Position numbers and translations under genes: made by a program. This document shows, piece after piece, positions 7,985 through 13,858 of a stretch of DNA of 14,777 nucleotides; position 1 is the first letter of the stretch, and every line of letters starts with the position of its first letter. A model generated the notes under the pieces. That model ran no database searches. It saw only the letters and a list, made by a program, of their open reading frames with translations, and was not told the origin of the DNA. The DNA comes from Candidatus Heimdallarchaeota archaeon (lineage in GTDB: Archaea; Asgardarchaeota; Njordarchaeia; Njordarchaeales; JAMOTR01), in assembly GCA_027068385.1 (NCBI GenBank), contig JAMOTR010000022.1, positions 1 through 14,777 on the forward strand, given 5' to 3'.

Positions 7985-8062
7985 GATCTTTTATATACGA
8001 TACTCCTCATAAACCCGATCGCTGAGTGGAAAAGCTGTTGAACGTCTCTTTATTTAAGTCCT

Positions 8063-9187
8063 ATGTTGATCGTAGAGAGCATAAGGTATACGGCTCCCTT
8101 AGGATCGATTAGATATTTCACGCTTATGGCAGCTCCGAGTGGTAACGACTTCTCGTTGTTGCTCTTCGATCCCGGTCCTCCTGGGACGGAAAAGATGATA
8201 TTATATCACGTGAGAAAGGTGGAGAAATACCTAAGAAGAAACCTTAACGCTAAAGTTAAGCGCGTTTATCTTCTACTCACGCACACGCACCCCACCACGG
8301 CCGGATCGTCGGGATCCCTAGAGAAGGCGTTGAGACAATATGACGTAAAAACGTACGCGCACGTCCGGTCGATTCCGCTCATAGAGAAAGGGAAGAAACC
8401 GGAAATGTGGTTAGAACACCGGTTCGAGCGGGATACTCATAGGAAGCTACGGCTTTTCTACAGCCTCTCTCCAGTGGTATATCGGCCGTACTATACGCGG
8501 TACGTATCGACGTACTCTCTACCCGAGAAAATAGAGCCGCTAATACCTACAGATCGGTCCCCGGAGACGTTCTCTCGGCATAAGCTCGACCTCGACGTGG
8601 ACGTCGATATAAGGTGGATGCGGACCGCGGGTCATACTTATGAGCACGTAGTGTATCGCGTCGATGGAGATGAATTCACCGCACTCGTGCTCGGTGACGA
8701 GGGGCCTGTGATACTGGGGGCGTTTCCTATATGGTATAACGACTCCACCTCCCGGGCGTTCGCGCTTAAGGATTTAGAGAAGCGCCACGACGCGATCCGG
8801 AATGGTATTGAAGAAGCCCGGGTATACCGGACTCACGGAGCTCACAGGTATACTTATGAGGAGCGGAAGGTCATGGTCACGAGATATCTAAATGCGCTAT
8901 GGGAGGCGGCTAGCACGGAGTTCGAGTCCTTAGAAGAGGCTATAAGGATGCGCGTCTCAGACGCGGCCGCAGCGATGCTCTTGTGGGACTACTTCTCTAA
9001 ATATCCCGAGACCATAAAGCGCTCGAAGATACGTAAGACGCATTACATAAACGCGGAAAACTTACCTATATTTACCACGAGAGCGGCTTTAATATATCTA
9101 AACGGCCGCGGTCTTCACAGAAAAATCGTCACGAGGAACTTGGATCCGAAGGGAAGATATCGGTACATCGAGGTGATAACGCCCTGA
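8063..9187 (+). CDS. hypothetical protein with a degenerate metallo-beta-lactamase-like fold and a possible C-terminal winged-helix
   Basis: The MBL-like order of blocks is LLLFDPGP, LLLTHTHPTTAG (HxHxDH with D and H both replaced by T), AGHTYEH, LVLGDEG and THGAH. The C-terminal LIYLNGRGLHRKIVTRNLDPKGRYRYIEV looks like a wHTH wing. Confidence 0.4.
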   Translation: MLIVESIRYTAPLGSIRYFTLMAAPSGNDFSLLLFDPGPPGTEKMILYHVRKVEKYLRRNLNAKVKRVYLLLTHTHPTTAGSSGSLEKALRQYDVKTYAHVRSIPLIEKGKKPEMWLEHRFERDTHRKLRLFYSLSPVVYRPYYTRYVSTYSLPEKIEPLIPTDRSPETFSRHKLDLDVDVDIRWMRTAGHTYEHVVYRVDGDEFTALVLGDEGPVILGAFPIWYNDSTSRAFALKDLEKRHDAIRNGIEEARVYRTHGAHRYTYEERKVMVTRYLNALWEAASTEFESLEEAIRMRVSDAAAAMLLWDYFSKYPETIKRSKIRKTHYINAENLPIFTTRAALIYLNGRGLHRKIVTRNLDPKGRYRYIEVITP

Positions 9188-10073
9188 TAAGCCTCCGAAG
9201 GCTCCGATTTACCGGGGCGTTTAACCCTTTATTTTCGGCTTTCTCCACGATCTTACCGTTTATCCGATCTATCTCCGTAGGCCTCCCGCTTAATACGTCC
9301 ATAGCCATCGAAGAATAATTGTTATACGTAAGCTCGATACCCCTTCTTACGATCGATATCATGTCGTCCGGAAGCTCTACCCCGTAAGCCTTCGCTACCT
9401 CGACCGTCTCCTCCGTCGCCCTTTTGACCACTTCCCAAGCGTCCTCGCGTTCTAATATTTCCCCGTTTTTAATCCTTAGAAGAGCAGTTACGGGGTTTAT
9501 CCCAGCGTTTATCGCGGCCTTAAACCGCTCTATGAATGGCGTCTCGTTGATCTCTACAGGTAACCCGGCTAGTTCCCGTAAGCGTTTGAACTCCTCACAC
9601 TTCCCTCCCTCGTCTCTACCTATGAGCGTCTTATTTATCCCGGCTATGAAGACCGTGTTCTTAGATTTCCTATACGCTCCGATCCCCGTCACTCCACGTA
9701 CAGGATTACTCACCGAACCGGCGACGAAGTCTAAGATATCGAGCCCGTTTTGTAGGAAGAGCGTGGGCCTCTCGAAGCCGCGCCTCTTAAGTTCTTTGAG
9801 CCTTTTTACTACGCTTCCTAAATGGTAGGCCTTTACCGTTACGATGACGAGCTCGGGTCTCTTCTCTAATATCTTTTGAATCCCCTCTTCTCTTTCCCGA
9901 TTTATAAAGAGCGCGTTATAACGTCCGCTTAGACCTTCTATATCGCTTTCCGCGAAAATTATGTTCTCCTTCACGTCGCTCCTCGTAAGTATTATTACAT
10001 CCACGCCCGCCTTAGAAAAAAGCGCTCCTAGAGAGAGGCCTATAGAACCGTTTCCCACTATCGCTACCCTCAT
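9129..10073 (-). CDS. panE: 2-dehydropantoate 2-reductase (ketopantoate reductase, PanE/ApbA family)
   Basis: It has the N-terminal Rossmann MRVAIVGNGSIGLSLG, the FKAAINAGINPVTALL block with the catalytic Lys, and SSMAMDVLSGRPTEIDRINGKIV (SMxxD...TEID signature). The ATG overlaps the stop of the upstream 796-aa gene (ATGA at 10070-10073). Confidence 0.8.
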   Translation of the reverse strand: MRVAIVGNGSIGLSLGALFSKAGVDVIILTRSDVKENIIFAESDIEGLSGRYNALFINREREEGIQKILEKRPELVIVTVKAYHLGSVVKRLKELKRRGFERPTLFLQNGLDILDFVAGSVSNPVRGVTGIGAYRKSKNTVFIAGINKTLIGRDEGGKCEEFKRLRELAGLPVEINETPFIERFKAAINAGINPVTALLRIKNGEILEREDAWEVVKRATEETVEVAKAYGVELPDDMISIVRRGIELTYNNYSSMAMDVLSGRPTEIDRINGKIVEKAENKGLNAPVNRSLRRLIRALSPRCTDIFPSDPSSS

Positions 10074-12460
10074 ATCTCGATGAGTCTTATATACCGTTTA
10101 TTACCTCCCTTAGCGATAAGCGGCAGGTATCCCTCGGAGATGTTTCTGAAGAAGGAGCCGAAGTACTCTTGGAGTATGCGCTCGTCCCTTACGGGCATCC
10201 GCCCTTTCGAAGCCTCCGATAAGAACGATGTGTCGAAGGGAGCTACGTCCCTAGCGGCCACTTTATATGCTACGTCCTGGAAGTACGATGTATTTACTAT
10301 TCCTACAGAGCCGTTACGGTAAGCTAGCGTCACTACGGTCTCCGCTTCCCCATAAAGGCTCACGTATCCGAAATTAGACGCGATGTTAAACAATGAGTAT
10401 AGCGCCTCCTCGAACGTGATCGTGCGCTTCACGAGCATCGATAACTCCATCACCTCCCTAAGCCTCAGGGGCCTCAACCTCTCCTCTTTAATCTCGTCCC
10501 GTAAGGAGAGCGTTAGTCCGCTCGAGGCGGCTACCTTAAAGAGGTGTATATGTACTTTATCGATCACGTACGGCTTAGAATTGAGGGCATAACGCAACTT
10601 CGTGAAGATCTCCTCAGCGTCACCGTGAGCTATGTATAGGACGGACTTAGAAGGATGATCGCCCACGAAGTCTATGTACTCTAAGAGCTCCGAGAGGCTC
10701 TCACCGTAATAGCTCGTAATTAACGCTAAGGGTATCGAGAAGAGTACTATAGGATGAATGCGTATGAGATACAAGAAGCGCTTCTGGGAACCTATGTACT
10801 TCTTCCGGAGCTTTATGAACTCCCTTATGAACTTCGACGTATACCTTTCCGCTACGCTCGCGGGCCGTTCGTGTTTTCCTCCTGGCGAGTTCCGATCTAG
10901 TATCCCCCGTACGATCCAAGAGAAGGCGAATATATCGGAGAGCAAGGGGAAGCTAGTTTCTAGTATCCGCTTCGTCGAAGCTATTTTCGTGCTTCTCACA
11001 TACTTTAACCGGGTCCTACCTTTATCGTAGAAGATCTCCGCGGAACTTAACCGCCCCGTCTGTAGCGCGTCGGCTACGAACGTTAATAGTCTATATCCCG
11101 TCCGCTTACGCATAGGCGAACCCAATGAATATATGAAGTTCAACGCTACGGAGGCGTCCACAACGGCCGTGCGCTCTTTAGCGAACGTCTTCTTTAGTAG
11201 CCGTAGCCGGAATGGGAGCTCGAAGATCACGTCATCCATATATTTCACGTCGAAGGCCTCGAAGTTCTTCCTAAGGAACTCATATAGCGGGGTGTCCTCG
11301 CCACCGGGAACGCGCCTGATGCCGTCTTCCGTAATGAGGCCCGTCGGTATGTTATTTACTTGATCGCTCGAGTATACGTAGGAAAGTGCCTTATAGAGCG
11401 CGCTTAACGCATCCCCTATGAGGAGTTTTATGTTATCTTCCTCTACCATGCGCGACAACGTCTTACGTCTCAGATCTACGACCATCGCTAGTCCTAAAGC
11501 CTTCGCCTCGGATGAGGTAAGCGAACGCTTTAATGCCCTCTCTATGATACTAGCCGGTGAGATCCCCTCTTTACCGAAATAACGGTCACCGTCCGACCTA
11601 TACCGAGACAACGCGTCTAAGAGTATATCATGAGTAACGGGCATCGTCCGGTAGAGGCGTTTATCATATTGTAACATCCGAACCTTCTTCTTAAGACCGG
11701 GTATACCGACGTAGAACCCCAAGAGCGTTATGAAAGATAGTATGTCCTTCCTTTCGAGGCCCCGTAACCGTGATGATAACGATTCTACCTCGTCGAGACC
11801 GGGGCTAAATGAGATAAGGCCGAGGACACCGTGGAGGAAAGTATCCGAAGGGGCCGAGACGACCCTATTGATATAAAGCGTCTCCGCTACTATTTGGTTT
11901 ATATACGGGCTCCTCGATCCTAATAGGGCCTCTAGGATTAGCGTGTTCTTACCGGTAACGATCTCGGGCTCGCTTACGATCGCTAACCCCTCGTTTTCGT
12001 CGAGCCGCACCTTATACATGGACTTATCGTTTAACATCCCTAAGACGCGGGATAAGAGGAGGGATAAGGAGATGATGACGCGCGGCTCATCGGCCCCTAT
12101 GGGTGAGAATAATCTTATTGGAACGCCATGGAGCCCGGTGTAGAAAGAACCTAAGAGCGAAGAGGCTACGAGCATCGAATACGTCCGCTTCGTTCCGTCT
12201 CCCGTCTGTAGCTCTTTCTCTAGTTCCTCTATGTCCTTCCGGGCGGGATAATCGGGTATGATGTTCACGCTACCGTGGGCGAACAACGCGGTCTTCGTCT
12301 CGTCTATAGCCTTCATTAACTCATACCTATCTATCTTGAGGAACTCGGAGAGCACGTCTATAGTCTTTTCTATCGTATCTTCCGGCCTCTTAGCCCTGAT
12401 CTTCGTGTTCTCTATCAAATACGCTAGTCCGGGGAGCCCGATGTGTTCAAGTACGCCCAT
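10070..12460 (-). CDS. large (796 aa) uncharacterised protein with no recognisable catalytic or nucleotide-binding motif
   Basis: This is an uninterrupted 2.4-kb ORF with codon usage like its neighbours. It has zero Cys, one Trp, no Walker A, no HD, no GGDD, no HxHxDH and no zinc-finger pattern. It is divergent from the RAMP cassette and translationally coupled to panE. Confidence 0.6.
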   Translation of the reverse strand: MGVLEHIGLPGLAYLIENTKIRAKRPEDTIEKTIDVLSEFLKIDRYELMKAIDETKTALFAHGSVNIIPDYPARKDIEELEKELQTGDGTKRTYSMLVASSLLGSFYTGLHGVPIRLFSPIGADEPRVIISLSLLLSRVLGMLNDKSMYKVRLDENEGLAIVSEPEIVTGKNTLILEALLGSRSPYINQIVAETLYINRVVSAPSDTFLHGVLGLISFSPGLDEVESLSSRLRGLERKDILSFITLLGFYVGIPGLKKKVRMLQYDKRLYRTMPVTHDILLDALSRYRSDGDRYFGKEGISPASIIERALKRSLTSSEAKALGLAMVVDLRRKTLSRMVEEDNIKLLIGDALSALYKALSYVYSSDQVNNIPTGLITEDGIRRVPGGEDTPLYEFLRKNFEAFDVKYMDDVIFELPFRLRLLKKTFAKERTAVVDASVALNFIYSLGSPMRKRTGYRLLTFVADALQTGRLSSAEIFYDKGRTRLKYVRSTKIASTKRILETSFPLLSDIFAFSWIVRGILDRNSPGGKHERPASVAERYTSKFIREFIKLRKKYIGSQKRFLYLIRIHPIVLFSIPLALITSYYGESLSELLEYIDFVGDHPSKSVLYIAHGDAEEIFTKLRYALNSKPYVIDKVHIHLFKVAASSGLTLSLRDEIKEERLRPLRLREVMELSMLVKRTITFEEALYSLFNIASNFGYVSLYGEAETVVTLAYRNGSVGIVNTSYFQDVAYKVAARDVAPFDTSFLSEASKGRMPVRDERILQEYFGSFFRNISEGYLPLIAKGGNKRYIRLIEI

Positions 12461-12499
12461 AGAATTATGTACTCCCGGGAGAGAAAAAGTAGTGAGCTC

Positions 12500-12555
12500 G
12501 ATGATGAGAGCGGGCTATACTGATCGTAGGATGAGGAGTGAATCCCAAGCTGAAG
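12500..12555 (+). ncRNA. archaeal C/D box sRNA (2'-O-methylation guide) with two 12-nt guides
   Basis: C box AUGAUGA (12501-12507), a 12-nt guide GAGCGGGCUAUA, D' box CUGA (12520-12523) and a 7-nt spacer. Then C' box AUGAGGA (12531-12537), a 12-nt guide GUGAAUCCCAAG, and D box CUGA (12550-12553). The 12-nt box spacings are the archaeal hallmark. It lies in a non-coding divergent spacer, and an AATTAT element at 12463-12468 could be its TATA box. Confidence 0.7.
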
Positions 12556-12563
12556 TTTAAGAG
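12556..12563 (+). promoter_or_regulatory. TATA-box-like element TTTAAGAG about 27 nt upstream of the ATG at 12587 (implies a leaderless or near-leaderless transcript for the RAMP cassette)
   Basis: The AT-rich octamer comes directly after the sRNA D box. Its distance to the first ATG of the 144-aa gene fits archaeal TATA-to-TSS spacing. Confidence 0.35.
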
Positions 12564-12586
12564 GTTTCTTTCTTATCGTTTGTATC

Positions 12587-13021
12587 ATGAAAAACAACCC
12601 CCGTAGGAGGGATATGGATAAAGAAGCCTCTCCGTGGATAACTAAGGACGATATCAGAAATCGGAACGAAGAGAGACTCATAGAGAAGATCGAGAAGAAC
12701 TTGAGCAGGCTTAAGGGTAGAAGGGAGCTAAGCAGAGGAAACGTGTATAACGTCCTTTATAAGATAAAGATCGCCCGCGTATACCTCGAGAACCTCGGGG
12801 AGGAGAACGATAAAGCTAAGAAGGCCGTTCACGACGCTATCTTGGAGTTCTCGAAGTTCTCGGTTAAATACCTAAATAGAAACACCTTAGAAGAGGTAAT
12901 CAAAGCTTATGAGGAAATGCTCCACGAGAACAACGGGGCGGAGGCGACGTTAAGGTTCTTAAAGGTCCTCGAGGAGCGGCTTACGACCCTCGCCATCCCG
13001 CTATATAAGAAGAAAGCCTAA
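12587..13021 (+). CDS. small, highly charged, predicted all-alpha protein; positional candidate for a type III small subunit (Cas11/Csm2-like)
   Basis: 144 aa, with K/E/R/L-rich heptad-like helices. It lies 3 nt upstream of the Csm3-like gene, in the slot csm2 occupies in type III-A operons. I see no sequence motif that proves this. Confidence 0.35.
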   Translation: MKNNPRRRDMDKEASPWITKDDIRNRNEERLIEKIEKNLSRLKGRRELSRGNVYNVLYKIKIARVYLENLGEENDKAKKAVHDAILEFSKFSVKYLNRNTLEEVIKAYEEMLHENNGAEATLRFLKVLEERLTTLAIPLYKKKA

Positions 13022-13024
13022 AGG

Positions 13025-13858
13025 GTGAGGCTTATGGAGAACGATAATAAGTACTCCTTCCAGCTCAGGATATACGTAGAGATACCCGTAGTCGTAGAGG
13101 TAAGAACGGGCCTGTTCATAGGCGGTTTAGAGAGCGACGTGGCGGATAATCCGATCATAAAGGATAAGTACGGATACCCCTACATCCCCGGATCCTCGAT
13201 CAAGGGGAGGATACGCTCTATACTAGAGTTGCTGAACGGAAACATAGACCCCTCAGGAGGGCCGCGGAACCCCGAGAAGGCGCTAAATTTATCCAATAAT
13301 CCTTCCCCTGATGAGTTACGTAAGGTATATGAAGATGTGCTCGCGAGGGTGTTCGGGTACAGTCCTAAGAACAATCGGTTCTTCGGCCCCACCCGCATAT
13401 ATATCGAGGACTTCGTGCTCGAGGATAAGGAGGGAAAGAGCCCGCTCGACTTCATGGAGCTGAAGCCGGAGAATCAAATAGATAGATACACGGGACAAGC
13501 TAGGAACCCGCGCATCGTGGAGCGTATCATCCCGGGATCGAGGTTCCGCGGTAGGATAAAGATCATAGCGTTCGACGTGAAGGAGGGGGATAAGCTCATT
13601 AAAGACGCTAAGAGCGAGCTTAAAGAAGCTCTGGAGTTAGCGCTAGTGGGTCTAAAGCGGCTCGAAAGGCTGGGCCTAGGAGGAAAAATCTCGCGCGGGT
13701 ACGGACAGATAAAGATAAGAGTAGGGAAGGTAGCCGGGAAGAACGTAGCGATATTCCCTAGCAAGATGGGCGGAAAAGAGTACGAAGAGAGTGAGATTAT
13801 AGAGCTCGTTAACAGCCTAATAGGAAAGTATCTCGGTGGTTCGGATGCAGGTGCCTAA
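13025..13858 (+). CDS. csm3: type III CRISPR RAMP backbone subunit, Csm3-like (Cas7 family)
   Basis: VRTGLFIGGLESDVADNPIIKDKYGYPYIPGSSIKGRIRS (glycine-rich start, candidate catalytic Asp, RAMP PGSS.KG..R motif). Also RVFGY, TRIYIEDF, ENQIDRYTGQARNPRIVERIIPGSRF and the C-terminal G-rich loop LGLGGKISRGYGQIKI. An alternative start is the ATG at 13034, preceded by GGTGAGG. Confidence 0.85.
   Translation: MRLMENDNKYSFQLRIYVEIPVVVEVRTGLFIGGLESDVADNPIIKDKYGYPYIPGSSIKGRIRSILELLNGNIDPSGGPRNPEKALNLSNNPSPDELRKVYEDVLARVFGYSPKNNRFFGPTRIYIEDFVLEDKEGKSPLDFMELKPENQIDRYTGQARNPRIVERIIPGSRFRGRIKIIAFDVKEGDKLIKDAKSELKEALELALVGLKRLERLGLGGKISRGYGQIKIRVGKVAGKNVAIFPSKMGGKEYEESEIIELVNSLIGKYLGGSDAGA

Noticed and set aside
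8063-9187. MBL-like protein as a type VII Cas14-like beta-CASP effector partner of the RAMP genes
   Set aside because: It is too short for MBL plus beta-CASP, its metal motif is degenerate, and I found no beta-CASP motifs. It is separated from the RAMP genes by panE and the 796-aa gene, and it is convergent with panE rather than co-oriented with the RAMP genes.
10601-10642. Calling the 796-aa protein Cas10 on the basis of the SVLYIAHGDAEEIF segment
   Set aside because: There is only a loose resemblance to the strand-GGDD palm motif. The protein has no HD motif, no second palm signature and no Cys at all, so no treble-clef zinc finger. The sequence after the motif looks helical. I kept it as a hypothesis to test, not as an annotation.
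12508-12549. tRNA-Gln in this window as the methylation target of the C/D sRNA guides
   Set aside because: The best complementarity is only about 6 contiguous nt (AGCCCG), far short of the roughly 10-12 bp expected. The real targets must lie outside the window.
12258-12681. ORF-track entries 12258..12560 (+, 100 aa) and 12424..12681 (-, 85 aa) spanning the divergent spacer
   Set aside because: They are low-complexity, run antisense to or overlap well-supported genes and the C/D sRNA, and have no motifs. They are shadow ORFs.
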